From Candidatus Hydrothermarchaeum profundi (GTDB taxonomy: Archaea; Hydrothermarchaeota; Hydrothermarchaeia; Hydrothermarchaeales; Hydrothermarchaeaceae): a stretch of 64,000 bases of DNA. Below the pieces are notes generated by a model. It had not been told where the DNA came from. It ran no database searches and saw only the letters and a list, made by a program, of their open reading frames with translations. Below are positions 21,073 through 31,292 of the stretch, one piece after another; position 1 is the stretch's first letter, and the number at the start of each line of letters is the position of its first letter. A program made the translations under genes and the position numbers. The stretch is taken from assembly GCA_002011125.2 (NCBI GenBank), contig MTMF02000009.1:96001-160000 (forward strand). Direction: 5' to 3'.

Positions 21073-22263
21073 GCTCTCTACATCTAAAAATCTTTGAATA
21101 ACTTCAACTACTCTATCTTTTTTTAATATCTCAGCTACAAATTCTGAGGGCCTATCTGTATCCCTATACTTTACCATAAGGTCGCTTATTTTCTCTTCTA
21201 TCGCTACCTCAAAGAGTACATCTAAATCGTCATCACTCATAGAGTCAAAAAGTTTCCTCAGGGAAGCATGAACTTTTAACTCATGCCCAATCTCATCCTT
21301 CCACTTGCGCTCATATTCCCTGCGTAGAAAATTCTCGGAATAGTTTTCATTTTCAAGTGCCTTTACACATGCATTACCCGCTATTTTAGCAGCTATCCCC
21401 CCAGTAATCACTCCCCCCCCAGTAGTAGCTTTTGTATGCCCTGCCGCATCGCCCACTAGTAATACCCTGTCCCTAACTGTTTGAACTGGATAATCAACAG
21501 GTATAGCGCCCAAGTTAACCTCTAATATGCTGCTACTCTGAATCTTATTTTTTGCTATCGGATGGTTTTTTATGAAATTATTCAGATATTCTATAGGCCC
21601 TCTACCATCAGCTCTCCCTACACCCACTCCTACTTCATAAACATCCCCCTTAGGTAATATCCACCCGTAGAACTCTGGAGCATATGCCCTACCAAAATAA
21701 ACCTCAGCGATATCATTCTCAATATCAACATCATCTACTTCAATCTGCGCTGCAGCAACAATCTTCGATGGAGTTTTTATACCGTTCCATCTTGCGACAT
21801 TTGACTTCACCCCATCAGCACCTACCAGAAGTGAAGCCCTAAGGTCGGCTTCTCCTTCAACGCCTTTTACCCTTATATTAACGCCATCCCTAATACTCAT
21901 TCCCTTTGCCCTGGTTTTAAGTTTTATCTCAGCGCCTTTTCTCGCCGCTTCCCTAGCTAAGAACTTGTCAAACAATTTTCTTTCCACTACTCTAGCCCTT
22001 TCTACGTCAGAATAGGCTGTAATCTCTTTACCCGAGGGAGAATAGAATCTGCCTCCTCTAATCGTAGCGGATATTAAATGCGGCTCCAAGTTGAGACCGA
22101 GATATTCTAGTCCAGATACACTGAATAAACCAGAACACTTTGTAGGATACCCTATCTCTTGATGCTCCTCAATAACACATACTTCATATCCCGCACTAGC
22201 TACTTCTTTAGCTGTTATTAGCCCTGCAGGACCTCCGCCAACTATTATTACATCATAGTTCAT
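21064..22263 (-). CDS. Digeranylgeranylglycerophospholipid reductase (GGR family)
   Basis: GGGPAG, GADG, YGWILPKG, GDAAG...TGGG. Confidence 0.88.
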   Translation of the reverse strand: MNYDVIIVGGGPAGLITAKEVASAGYEVCVIEEHQEIGYPTKCSGLFSVSGLEYLGLNLEPHLISATIRGGRFYSPSGKEITAYSDVERARVVERKLFDKFLAREAARKGAEIKLKTRAKGMSIRDGVNIRVKGVEGEADLRASLLVGADGVKSNVARWNGIKTPSKIVAAAQIEVDDVDIENDIAEVYFGRAYAPEFYGWILPKGDVYEVGVGVGRADGRGPIEYLNNFIKNHPIAKNKIQSSSILEVNLGAIPVDYPVQTVRDRVLLVGDAAGHTKATTGGGVITGGIAAKIAGNACVKALENENYSENFLRREYERKWKDEIGHELKVHASLRKLFDSMSDDDLDVLFEVAIEEKISDLMVKYRDTDRPSEFVAEILKKDRVVEVIQRFLDVESLM

Positions 22264-22304
22264 AATGTGCCACCCAATGAGTTTTTAACAATAGTATATA
22301 AAAT

Positions 22305-23102
22305 TTACAGCATAAGTGAAGCTAATGTTAGAAATCCAAGGCCTATGCAAAAGCTTGAGAAATTTATTTTTTCAGCCACCTTCATAAAAGTATGTATTGT
22401 AAAATAGCCAAATGTAAAAGAAGCTACCATCGCCACAAGCATGCTAATATCTACCACTGTCTTTTTCAATATTAATAACGCCGCTTCTGCCATGAGTACT
22501 GCCGGTATACTCATTAAAAAGCTAAGCCTAAGAGCGGTTTTAGCATTAAATCCCCTAAGTAATAAGGCTGATATAGTTAATCCTGATCTGCTTAAGCCGG
22601 GAAATATCGCCAAAGCCTGTAGACTTCCAGCAAGTATCCCATCGCCAATAGTTGCATTAATCCTATGGCCCAGAAAATCTCTTGAGAATTTTTGAATAAG
22701 TCCTGTTATTATCAATAATACTCCTATTAGAGCTGTAGCATAATTTGAGGAAAACTCTACTTTTTCAATCCCAAAAATGAATATCGGCAACCCTAAAATG
22801 CCTGTAAAAAAAGTAGAAACAATAAGAAAGCTTATCAGCCTACTTTCTTCGGTAGGTGCTCCTCGTATATCATTCAAGTAATTTCCAGCACTACTTATAA
22901 GCCTTATAAGGTCACTCTTGAAGTATAGTGTAGCAGCTAAAAGCGTGCCCGTATGCAACCAAAGAGAAAATGTAACTGCCTCTGAAAACGGTTTTGAGAA
23001 AAAATTTATGAGAACTAATGATATCACTCCCTCACTACTAATAGGCAACCACTCGGTTATCCCTTGTATGACTCCCACTATAAGCGCTTCTAATAACTCC
23101 AT
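22305..23102 (-). CDS. uppP: Undecaprenyl-diphosphate phosphatase (BacA/UppP family)
   Basis: QGITEWLPISS and PGLSRSG motifs; multiple TM helices. Confidence 0.88.
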   Translation of the reverse strand: MELLEALIVGVIQGITEWLPISSEGVISLVLINFFSKPFSEAVTFSLWLHTGTLLAATLYFKSDLIRLISSAGNYLNDIRGAPTEESRLISFLIVSTFFTGILGLPIFIFGIEKVEFSSNYATALIGVLLIITGLIQKFSRDFLGHRINATIGDGILAGSLQALAIFPGLSRSGLTISALLLRGFNAKTALRLSFLMSIPAVLMAEAALLILKKTVVDISMLVAMVASFTFGYFTIHTFMKVAEKINFSSFCIGLGFLTLASLML

Positions 23103-23184
23103 GGGCTCCTTATAAATCCTGAGAATTAAAAAAACTATTGTAGGAAGTTAAATTATAAAAAGCAAGAACCTATAAGGCATACGT

Positions 23185-23781
23185 ATGGAGCTACTATATC
23201 TTCTTAGAATTCTCTTAGGCTTCTTTTTTGTCATGTTTATACCCGGATTTGTGCTAACTCTTGCATTATGGCCTATTACCAGGCGGGAGGTGTATGAAGA
23301 GATCCTGAAGATATTAGAAGAAAAAAACCCATCAGAAGTCTGTTTTATTGGAAGTCAAGAGGAATATGAGGACCTACTGGATATTGTAAAAAGTAAATAC
23401 AAATTGAAGATATATGACACAAGAAGTGAAAAAATTGAAACCTCGGTAGATGAAGTAGAGAGTGCTGACACACTAATTGTAACTGAAAAGTCATCAGAAG
23501 TTAAAATCACTCCTGATAAAACAATTATTGATTTAACTGGAGGCATCTCTAATGCGATATCAATAGAAGACTCTATAGATACCCTTGAAAGAATAACCTT
23601 AAGCTTTGGATTAAGTATTGCTCTAGTGCCTCTCATAGGGCTTATACTTAACTATACGCCCTTTGGCATACGTTTCAAAAGTGTTTTAGTATCTCTTATA
23701 TTAGTTATAGGTATCCTACTTGGAGTATACTATTATAGGAGGAAAGGATGGAGTACAAGCAAGTTATCGCAGTCAGACTAG
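23185..23781 (+). CDS. DUF1616-like membrane protein with inserted soluble segment
   Basis: FIPGF.LT.AL.P and ERITLSFGLSIALVP...LNYTP.GI motifs. Confidence 0.65.
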   Translation: MELLYLLRILLGFFFVMFIPGFVLTLALWPITRREVYEEILKILEEKNPSEVCFIGSQEEYEDLLDIVKSKYKLKIYDTRSEKIETSVDEVESADTLIVTEKSSEVKITPDKTIIDLTGGISNAISIEDSIDTLERITLSFGLSIALVPLIGLILNYTPFGIRFKSVLVSLILVIGILLGVYYYRRKGWSTSKLSQSD

Positions 23782-24104
23782 ATCTAAAAATGAGCAGGGG
23801 TAAAACTTGCTCTCAAGTAGCACATGCTTCTCTTGGAAGCGCAGAAATTGCGATGGAAAGAAAACAAGAGTGGTATAAAGCCTGGAAGAGAGAAGGCCAA
23901 AAGAAAGTTGTAGTAGAAGTTAAAGGGGAGAAGGAACTCTTTCAACTGTTGGAATCTTCGAGGGGATTAGATCTCCCCTGTTATTTAGTGGAAGATGCTG
24001 GATTAACAGAGCTTGAACCTGGCACAACTACTTCAATTGGGATAGGACCTGCCCCAAATGATCTTATCGATAAAGTAACAGGCCATCTAAGATTACTAAA
24101 ATGA
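23748..24104 (+). CDS. pth2: Peptidyl-tRNA hydrolase Pth2
   Basis: KQVI..R.DLKMS.GK...QVAHA, GQKKVV, DAGLTE..PGT.T..GIGP. Confidence 0.95.
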   Translation: MEYKQVIAVRLDLKMSRGKTCSQVAHASLGSAEIAMERKQEWYKAWKREGQKKVVVEVKGEKELFQLLESSRGLDLPCYLVEDAGLTELEPGTTTSIGIGPAPNDLIDKVTGHLRLLK

Positions 24105-25291
24105 AAAGTCCTTTCGTCCTTGATCAAGAAGTTGGTTTAGAATTTTTCATAACAGATACAAAAGGAATTGGAGGAAAATTAAGAACTATAGTTGAAGATT
24201 TCTGCGTAGAGGAAATTCCCAAAAAAATTGAAGAAGACACAAATGGAGAGTATACCTATTTTATTCTAGAGAAAAAAAACTGGGAAACCCATAGGGCAAT
24301 AAAAGCTATCTCTCGCGCTTTACGCGTTTCATATAAGCGCTTTGGTTTTGCCGGAACAAAAGATAAAAGAGCATTAAGTAGGCAGTGGGTGTCCGCATGG
24401 CGCATTGATATTAAGAAGCTAGAGGAAATCAACATCAAAGATATAAAACTATATAATTTTAAAAAAGCAAGAGGAAGAATAACTCTAGGAAATGCCTTTG
24501 GAAATCGTTTTATGATAACTATAAGAGATATAAATTTAAGTGGAGAAGAAGTTGATAAGAGACTGCGCGAAACCTCTGCCGAACTAACTGAGAAAGGTAT
24601 ACCAAATTACTTTGGCTATCAAAGATTTGGAATAATAAGACCAAATACCCATTTGGTCGGTAGAGAGATAGTTAAAGGAAATCTTAAAGAAGCTGTTATT
24701 AATTATCTTGGAAAACCATGCGAGGGGGAGAGGGAGGACGCATATCGCGCGAGACAATTTCTTGAAGATACCCTAGACTTTAAGAAGGCTCTTAAGCTAT
24801 TTCCAAAGCGGCTGGATTACGAAAGATCAATGTTAGATGCCCTTTTAAAGAATCCTAATGACTATGCAGGCGCACTAAGGAGACTTCCAAAAAAACTTAG
24901 ATGGATGCTCGTTCATGCCTATCAAAGCTATCTTTTTAACAAGATTTTAAGCAAAATAATAGAGAGAGGATTAAACATAAAAGAGCGAAAGATACCTCTC
25001 TTCGGGTATGAAAGCTCCTTTAGTGATGGAGAACAAGGAGAAATAGAAAAATCTGTGCTTAAAGAAGAAGATGTTAAACCAGGTGATTTTCTAATTAAAT
25101 CTCTTCCAGAACTTAGTTCTAAAGGAAGCTTAAGAGATGCTTGCATTAGTACTTCATCAAAGTTCTATGTAGGCGATGATGAAATAAATAAACAAAGACT
25201 TAAAGCAACCTTAGAATTCATGCTACCCCCTGGGTGTTATGCGACAGTAGTTTTAAGAGAATTCATGAAGATTGACCCAATAAATTACTGA
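24101..25291 (+). CDS. truD: tRNA pseudouridine(13) synthase TruD
   Basis: EDF.VEE, FAGTKDKRA, GNRF, PNYFGYQRFG, YAT..LRE. Confidence 0.95.
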   Translation: MKSPFVLDQEVGLEFFITDTKGIGGKLRTIVEDFCVEEIPKKIEEDTNGEYTYFILEKKNWETHRAIKAISRALRVSYKRFGFAGTKDKRALSRQWVSAWRIDIKKLEEINIKDIKLYNFKKARGRITLGNAFGNRFMITIRDINLSGEEVDKRLRETSAELTEKGIPNYFGYQRFGIIRPNTHLVGREIVKGNLKEAVINYLGKPCEGEREDAYRARQFLEDTLDFKKALKLFPKRLDYERSMLDALLKNPNDYAGALRRLPKKLRWMLVHAYQSYLFNKILSKIIERGLNIKERKIPLFGYESSFSDGEQGEIEKSVLKEEDVKPGDFLIKSLPELSSKGSLRDACISTSSKFYVGDDEINKQRLKATLEFMLPPGCYATVVLREFMKIDPINY

Positions 25292-26255
25292 TCTCCCTTT
25301 CTATTATCTCAAATGGGTCTTGAAGAGTATTAATAATAGAAGTTGCCTTATTTCTTATTTCATTTTTAGAATCCCAGAGGGATTCCACTAAACTCGCTAT
25401 TTCCTTTATTTCAGTAGAATGATAGAGGAGTCCCTTTTCAATCAAAAATCTATCAACACCAAGCAGATCCTGTGGATAGAAGGAAATCGTAGGCGTTCCC
25501 AACAAAGCCGATTCTCTGTTCATAGTACCTCCCCCACTTAGGACAACCCTCGAATAATAAATAAGGCTCAAAGTATCTATATTTCTAAGATTAAGTACTC
25601 CTTTATATTCAATGTCCCGGGGAATAACAACGACTTGCAAGCTTTTCTCTTGTAGAGTCTCTATAAGCTTCTCGGTAATCTTTCTACCGTAGAAATAGGA
25701 GGCTAAATAAGGCTCAGGCCTGATAAGCACATAATCATCAACTCCATACTTCTCAAGAATTTTTTCATCTGGCTTAAAATTCCTGATATGAGCCAGCTCA
25801 CAAAGCCCATTAAACTCTACAATATTCTCCGGGATAGCCCCCTGAGATATTAGCTTTTTTTTATCTACAGCAAATGGTACGACTATTTTATCGCACAAAG
25901 ACAAAGAAAGTCTGTTCTGCTTCTCCGCGTACTCATTGTCTACAACATGAATTGCAGGTACTCCTAAACCAAAGGCGACTCTAGGTAACTCTACGCTTTG
26001 CTTTGAAATCGCTGCTTTTATATTTTCCTTGGACACTATTTCAGCAAGTCCTGAGATTCTCTTAGCGCTCTCTATCAGTTTCTTCTTAGGATCATTCCCC
26101 CCATGAAACCCGATACATATATACTCGATGCCATGTGAATCAAGAAGATCTGTTAATGACCCAAATTCACGAGTAGTGACTAATACTTCATGCCTTTTAA
26201 TAAAATCCTTAAAGAAAAGAATATGCGGCTGATTTGTAATATCCACCCAAATCAT
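25263..26255 (-). CDS. DUF354-family glycosyltransferase-like protein
   Basis: IWVDI.N.PH, DNEYA, GGGTMNRESALLGTP. Confidence 0.82.
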   Translation of the reverse strand: MIWVDITNQPHILFFKDFIKRHEVLVTTREFGSLTDLLDSHGIEYICIGFHGGNDPKKKLIESAKRISGLAEIVSKENIKAAISKQSVELPRVAFGLGVPAIHVVDNEYAEKQNRLSLSLCDKIVVPFAVDKKKLISQGAIPENIVEFNGLCELAHIRNFKPDEKILEKYGVDDYVLIRPEPYLASYFYGRKITEKLIETLQEKSLQVVVIPRDIEYKGVLNLRNIDTLSLIYYSRVVLSGGGTMNRESALLGTPTISFYPQDLLGVDRFLIEKGLLYHSTEIKEIASLVESLWDSKNEIRNKATSIINTLQDPFEIIEREISNLLGQSS

Positions 26256-26309
26256 ATAACGCGAGTTGGTTCAGTATTAGATATAAATTTTCTCTCTTTA
26301 TGCTTTATT

Positions 26310-27557
26310 CTAAAAAATACCTTTTCTAGCAATATTTAGCATTTCAAAAGAAAAAATTAGCGCAGAAAGAAAGAAGACTAACGCAGAGGCTTTCATAATT
26401 GGTACAGAGATTAATGAGCCTAAAAAAAGTCCTACGATACCAATATTAGCTAGTATAAATATAACCCACGAAAGCCTCTCACTGTAAAGTTCTTTAAAGT
26501 TAGAAGGAAGAGACTTAACTTTCTTCTCGGCCATATTGGCCCAAGTCAACATCGGTATAAGGTGATACATTCCACCGAATATCGTCAAACTTACCCAGCC
26601 AAGCATCGCTAGATGAACATGTCCAAAGGATAGCTCTCTTAAAATATCTCGATTGAGAAGCATTACAAGACCTACTATTACGACTGCAAGGAAGTATAAT
26701 ATCGCCGCTTCAAGGAACTTCGCCTCTGTGGATGTAACCTTCATTTTCATTTTTGATTCTCCAGAGGCTGTTTTGTACATGAGATAGGTAAAAAGAAGCG
26801 TTCCTATTATTACTATAATGGCAAAGATAATTGTAGTTACTCCAAACCCTGTTGCTATAAGACTTAAAAAGAAACCTACTACTCCAGCGTTGAAGACCCA
26901 GAAGACCTGCCTTACTAGACGTTCACTATAAATATCCTTCATAACCACCATAGGAAGCATCCAAGACATAGCCCCAATAATGATAACTGATATCCAGCCG
27001 AGTGCACCAATATGAGCATGAGAAGCTATTAGCTTAGAACTTGAAGGTAATATTCTCCAAAGCTCAAGGATTTCCATCCTCATTAGCACTATTATTAACC
27101 CTAACGTGCTACCGAGAACTAAGTATACTACCGACATAACGTAAAACCAGAGAGTGAACGTCCATGCTCTCTTGTTTTTTACTGTGAGAAAAATATTAGC
27201 AGCAAAAGCGTAAACCGCTATAAGTAAAAAAAGAGAAAAAAGTAGGGTAAAAGGCTCAAACCCGTATGTTGTAATCCCAACTACAAAGCCTATTAGCCCC
27301 AGATTTAACATCCAGAAAGATATTTCTCCAAGAATCTTACTATAAAGATCAGCGCTCGTAAACGTCGGTACCTGCTGATACATTGTGCCGATTATAGTCG
27401 CTGAAACGAATCCAAGTAAGGCAATATGTGCATGAGATACAATAACATCTCTGGTAATAGGGAATACTTGAAAAAGCATCCCTATACCTAGCGTACACGC
27501 CGCTAAGAAATAGACTACAGCTGTAATTAGAAATCTGAGGCTAAGCTTTCTAGTCAT
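26310..27557 (-). CDS. Polytopic membrane protein with three H-x-H repeats (NnrS / haem-copper-oxidase-like), nor accessory
   Basis: About 12 TMs; repeats SHAHIALLG, SHAHIGALG, GHVHLAMLG each followed by G.M...P; last gene of the nor operon. Confidence 0.6.
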   Translation of the reverse strand: MTRKLSLRFLITAVVYFLAACTLGIGMLFQVFPITRDVIVSHAHIALLGFVSATIIGTMYQQVPTFTSADLYSKILGEISFWMLNLGLIGFVVGITTYGFEPFTLLFSLFLLIAVYAFAANIFLTVKNKRAWTFTLWFYVMSVVYLVLGSTLGLIIVLMRMEILELWRILPSSSKLIASHAHIGALGWISVIIIGAMSWMLPMVVMKDIYSERLVRQVFWVFNAGVVGFFLSLIATGFGVTTIIFAIIVIIGTLLFTYLMYKTASGESKMKMKVTSTEAKFLEAAILYFLAVVIVGLVMLLNRDILRELSFGHVHLAMLGWVSLTIFGGMYHLIPMLTWANMAEKKVKSLPSNFKELYSERLSWVIFILANIGIVGLFLGSLISVPIMKASALVFFLSALIFSFEMLNIARKGIF

Positions 27558-27570
27558 ATTTTACTCCTAT

Positions 27571-27687
27571 TCACCCATGTATGAACATTGGCAAACATCG
27601 GACACAAACATAGTCTTCTTTACCCTTATAGTAGAATTTAAGGATTTTTACTTCATCATCCGTTCTCTTACAGTTTGAACATTCCAT
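27571..27687 (-). CDS. 38-aa CxxC/CxxC microprotein (not in the ORF track)
   Basis: MECSNCKRTDDEVKILKFYYKGKEDYVCVRCLPMFIHG; AGGAGG SD upstream; fills the gap inside the operon. Confidence 0.7.
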   Translation of the reverse strand: MECSNCKRTDDEVKILKFYYKGKEDYVCVRCLPMFIHG

Positions 27688-27706
27688 TTCATATCCTCCT
27701 TTTTGT

Positions 27707-28021
27707 TTATATTGGTGGAGCAATACCCACCAGTACCTTCATCCTCGTTTTAGCTCTAATACCGTGTGGTTCACTTACAGGGGATACAAGAAGAGAGCCC
27801 CTCTTGGCGGGTATATCCTTTTCCCCACCAATAAAAGAGCCTTCGCCTTCTAGTACGCAGAGAAATACTTCTGAATCCACATCGTGAGAGTGCACCGGAA
27901 GCTCTTGCCCTGGCTCGAAACAAAATAGGATAAGTCTCATATTGTAGGAGTCATGGACAAAGTCCAGCCAATACTTATCCTTTTTGAATTTTGCTACTTC
28001 TTCGAGTTCTATTTTTTTCAT
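27707..28021 (-). CDS. Cupin-domain protein
   Basis: PGQELPVHSH...E...VLEGEG...PHGI. Confidence 0.88.
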   Translation of the reverse strand: MKKIELEEVAKFKKDKYWLDFVHDSYNMRLILFCFEPGQELPVHSHDVDSEVFLCVLEGEGSFIGGEKDIPAKRGSLLVSPVSEPHGIRAKTRMKVLVGIAPPI

Positions 28022-28034
28022 TAAATCACCTGCA

Positions 28035-29390
28035 TTACATCTTGGGTCTTAACGTCAGTAGGTCTGTCACAGTTCTCAAGACTCCTATAAAGAACACTAT
28101 CCCTATGCCTATGACGGCCTTGAACCAGAACTGCATCTGAGCTTGTGCTGTCATATATCCAAGTCCTAGCACTCTTTCAAGGTAAGTCTGTAAAATGCCC
28201 GCTCCACTGAAAGCTAGTCCTATTCCAGTCATGCTGAATATCATTATCCAAAAGCCTAGTTTACCTCTACTATCATCGTAGATTCTGTATCCTTTAATCT
28301 CCGGTATAGCGAAGTAGAAGAACATCAAATTAAACAAAGCATATGCCCCAAAGAAAGCCAAGTGCCCATGTGCTACCGTAACTTGGCTACCGTGAGTATA
28401 GTAGTTAATCTGAGGTAAAGTATGCATGAAACCCCAAATACCTGCTCCAATGAAGTGGTATAAAGCTCCACCTCCCATGTAGGTCCAAGCTAGAGGGTTG
28501 ACAAGCTCCATCTTCCTCTCTCTAGTCCACTTAAATACATCGATCACCATAAGCAGAATTGGCAAAGGCTCCAATGCGCTGAAGACTCCTCCAACATATA
28601 GCCAGTACCGAGGGGCTCCAAGCCAATAGTAGTGATGACCCGTTCCTGCAATACCTGTAAATAAGAATAAACCGATCTCTATGTAGAGCCATTTTTCAAC
28701 AACCTCTTTGTTAACTCCAGTCAACTTTATAAGCGCAAATGCCGTGAGTGATGCCACCACAAGCTCCCAAGCGCCTTCAACCCATAGATGGATTACCCAC
28801 CACCAGTAGTACCAGTCTATGGTTTCATTTTCATAAACAGGTATCCCGAAGAGATACAGTAAGGAAAGGGTAATCAGTCCGGTTAATAGCATTGCCTGGG
28901 TAACGGTCCAATGTTCGCCTTTTAAAATAGTCATCCCCACATTGAATAAGAAAATTAGTGCACCTACTACCACAAGTAAGTCTAGCCATCTAGGTATCTC
29001 AAGAAGAGGTCTACCCTGATTGAAATTGAACCAGGGATTATCAATGGTTATTCCCATGCCATTTATGAATATAGTTACTAATGCAGTTACGCCGACTAAT
29101 ACTAACGCTGCGAGTTGTATATACGCAAGCTTCTTACTATAGAGTTCTCTTTTCGATTCCTCTGGGATCATGTAGTATGTAGCACCCATAAAACCCAGAA
29201 GAGACCAGAGCACCAATAGATTAGTATGAAATGCTCTTGCGGTTGAGAATGGAAATACGTTCACTAGCCATTGAGGCAGAGTAAAGGCATAGTTTGTCGC
29301 TAGCCATAACCCCATTACCACTTGTAGAACGAACAATAATAAAGCGACAACAAAATAAGGATAGGCGATCTTTTGGCTTTCGTATTTCAT
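28035..29390 (-). CDS. norB: Nitric oxide reductase large subunit (cNOR type)
   Basis: RAFHTN, WWVIHLWVEGAWE (Glu in place of the oxidase cross-link Tyr), GTGHHYYW, LEPLP, HGHLAFFG; 451 aa, no qNOR N-terminal domain. Confidence 0.93.
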   Translation of the reverse strand: MKYESQKIAYPYFVVALLLFVLQVVMGLWLATNYAFTLPQWLVNVFPFSTARAFHTNLLVLWSLLGFMGATYYMIPEESKRELYSKKLAYIQLAALVLVGVTALVTIFINGMGITIDNPWFNFNQGRPLLEIPRWLDLLVVVGALIFLFNVGMTILKGEHWTVTQAMLLTGLITLSLLYLFGIPVYENETIDWYYWWWVIHLWVEGAWELVVASLTAFALIKLTGVNKEVVEKWLYIEIGLFLFTGIAGTGHHYYWLGAPRYWLYVGGVFSALEPLPILLMVIDVFKWTRERKMELVNPLAWTYMGGGALYHFIGAGIWGFMHTLPQINYYTHGSQVTVAHGHLAFFGAYALFNLMFFYFAIPEIKGYRIYDDSRGKLGFWIMIFSMTGIGLAFSGAGILQTYLERVLGLGYMTAQAQMQFWFKAVIGIGIVFFIGVLRTVTDLLTLRPKM

Positions 29391-30085
29391 TTCCTACCCT
29401 CCTTTAAATTTGCAATATATTCAGCTATGGCTTCTGCCTCTTCTTCCGAGACTCTTTGTGCTGGCATAGTTGCATCGGGATTAATCGATCTTGGGTCAAG
29501 TATATAGTTCTTAATGTAATCTTTATCTCGCTTCACTTGCTCAAACTCTGGTCCCTGTAGTCCTCCTACACCTCCTAGAGAATGGCATGCTAAGCATCCA
29601 GCTTCCTTTATAAGAGCTGCTCCTTTGCTCATTCCTACTCCGGCTACAAGAATATTTACCCCTGGCTTATATTTTTGGTCTTGGGGTGGCCAATTATTGT
29701 TTTCAATCTCGCTTACCCATTTCAAAAAGGCTATTAGATTCTTCACCTCTTCCTCTGTTAGGTCATATTTCGGCATTTTTCTCATCGAGTTAGCAAAGAC
29801 CTTATCAGGACCTAAGACTCTAACTTTTATGCCCTCCGCTCCTAGTCTCCAATATGCTTTTGTCATGTCTGGAGCGTAATATCCTCCGAAACCAAGTATA
29901 GTATGGCAATCATTGCAGTTATACTTCTCCCATACAGCTTTTCCAGCAATGACTTGAGGAGTTAATTGGTCTGCGTGGGTTAATGCTGTAACTTGTCTAT
30001 GGGTATCTATAGTAAGACCTAAGAGTATCATTGCTGAAATCGAAGTTCCTATTATAAATATCCATTTAGCTGCTTTGAATTCCAT
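29387..30085 (-). CDS. norC: Nitric oxide reductase cytochrome c subunit, di-haem
   Basis: N-terminal TM, CNDCHTILG.G.YYAPD NorC motif, second haem motif CLACH; AGGAGG SD before ATG 30085. Confidence 0.9.
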   Translation of the reverse strand: MEFKAAKWIFIIGTSISAMILLGLTIDTHRQVTALTHADQLTPQVIAGKAVWEKYNCNDCHTILGFGGYYAPDMTKAYWRLGAEGIKVRVLGPDKVFANSMRKMPKYDLTEEEVKNLIAFLKWVSEIENNNWPPQDQKYKPGVNILVAGVGMSKGAALIKEAGCLACHSLGGVGGLQGPEFEQVKRDKDYIKNYILDPRSINPDATMPAQRVSEEEAEAIAEYIANLKEGRK

Positions 30086-30235
30086 AATATCCCTCCTTCT
30101 CATTCATATGTAATTTCCTGAAATTTATGACTAAAATACATCTCTAATATAAAAAAATTACTACTATATATTAAATATTAATTATAATAAAAAGCTTTAT
30201 TTTATAGATATTTACTAAATATTCTTAAAGTTAAT

Positions 30236-31291
30236 CTACCAGTGAAAGCGGACATTAGATCTAACATTTCTTACCCCTCCCATCAAACCATCAACATGTT
30301 TAATTGTAGATGGCAATCCAGTCTTTTCAAAGAACTTTTCCCATCCAATTCTAGCAATCCAATCCCCAATTCTTTCGTCTCTACGAGCATCTTCCACCCA
30401 CGTATCGATTATATTCTTAACCGCAGTTACTACCTCAGGCCACTGCGGAGGATTATTTGGGATATATGGTATGACCATTTTTGCCCATGCAGGACCTGCA
30501 CCCGTATTTCCAGCCTTTCCGCCCACGACGATTGCTACTCCCGCAGTTTCAGGCCTCATAGTTAGTGCCTCGCAAGTCATGGTACAGTATGCACAGTATA
30601 TACATCTTTCAGGATTAATTTCTATGCTGTATTTGCCTTTTGGTCTAATTGCAGCCGTAGGACAAACTCTTATAGTGGTGGGTCTTTCACAAGCTTTGAC
30701 CTTTTCTTCATTTATAACAGGCGGCTCTCTATACACTCCAACAACACCTATGTTTGAAGTAGAACCCTCGCCACATTGGTTAATGCAACCTGAAACCGAG
30801 ATTTTGAGCTTAGCAGGATACACTTCATCGTCTGCAACAAATTCTCCATAAAGAGCATCGGAAATAGCCTTAGCGATACTTGGAGAATCAGCGGCTGCCA
30901 ATTGACAATGTAACCATCCAGTACAACAAGTGGTCTGATGAAATCTTCTTCCAGTACCACCTACTGGCAAACCTAATTCGTTGAGTTTAGTTATTAATTC
31001 GCTAATTTTTTCTTTTTCTACGCCCACGAACTCCACATGATTTCTAGTGGTAACCCTGAAATAACCCTCTGAATATTCATCCGCAAGATCGCATATTTTA
31101 TAAAGAGTAGAAGTACTCACTCTAGCATTTGTTGGCATTCCTACTCTAACAGTATAACACTCTTCTCCACCCTTAGATACATGCTTATACACTCCCGCCT
31201 TAACAAATTCATGACCAACCCACTTTCCATAGTTACGCATTATAATAGGGGGTAATACTTCCTCAAATGGAGGTATCCCTACACCGGGCAT
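30236..31291 (-). CDS. dsrB: Dissimilatory-type sulfite reductase beta subunit (early-branching type)
   Basis: LPP.I.RNYGKW..HE, TTRNHVEF, CTGWLHC...SGCINQC, ferredoxin insert, ERIGDWI.RIGWEKFF. Confidence 0.88.
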   Translation of the reverse strand: MPGVGIPPFEEVLPPIIMRNYGKWVGHEFVKAGVYKHVSKGGEECYTVRVGMPTNARVSTSTLYKICDLADEYSEGYFRVTTRNHVEFVGVEKEKISELITKLNELGLPVGGTGRRFHQTTCCTGWLHCQLAAADSPSIAKAISDALYGEFVADDEVYPAKLKISVSGCINQCGEGSTSNIGVVGVYREPPVINEEKVKACERPTTIRVCPTAAIRPKGKYSIEINPERCIYCAYCTMTCEALTMRPETAGVAIVVGGKAGNTGAGPAWAKMVIPYIPNNPPQWPEVVTAVKNIIDTWVEDARRDERIGDWIARIGWEKFFEKTGLPSTIKHVDGLMGGVRNVRSNVRFHW

Positions 31292-31292
31292 A

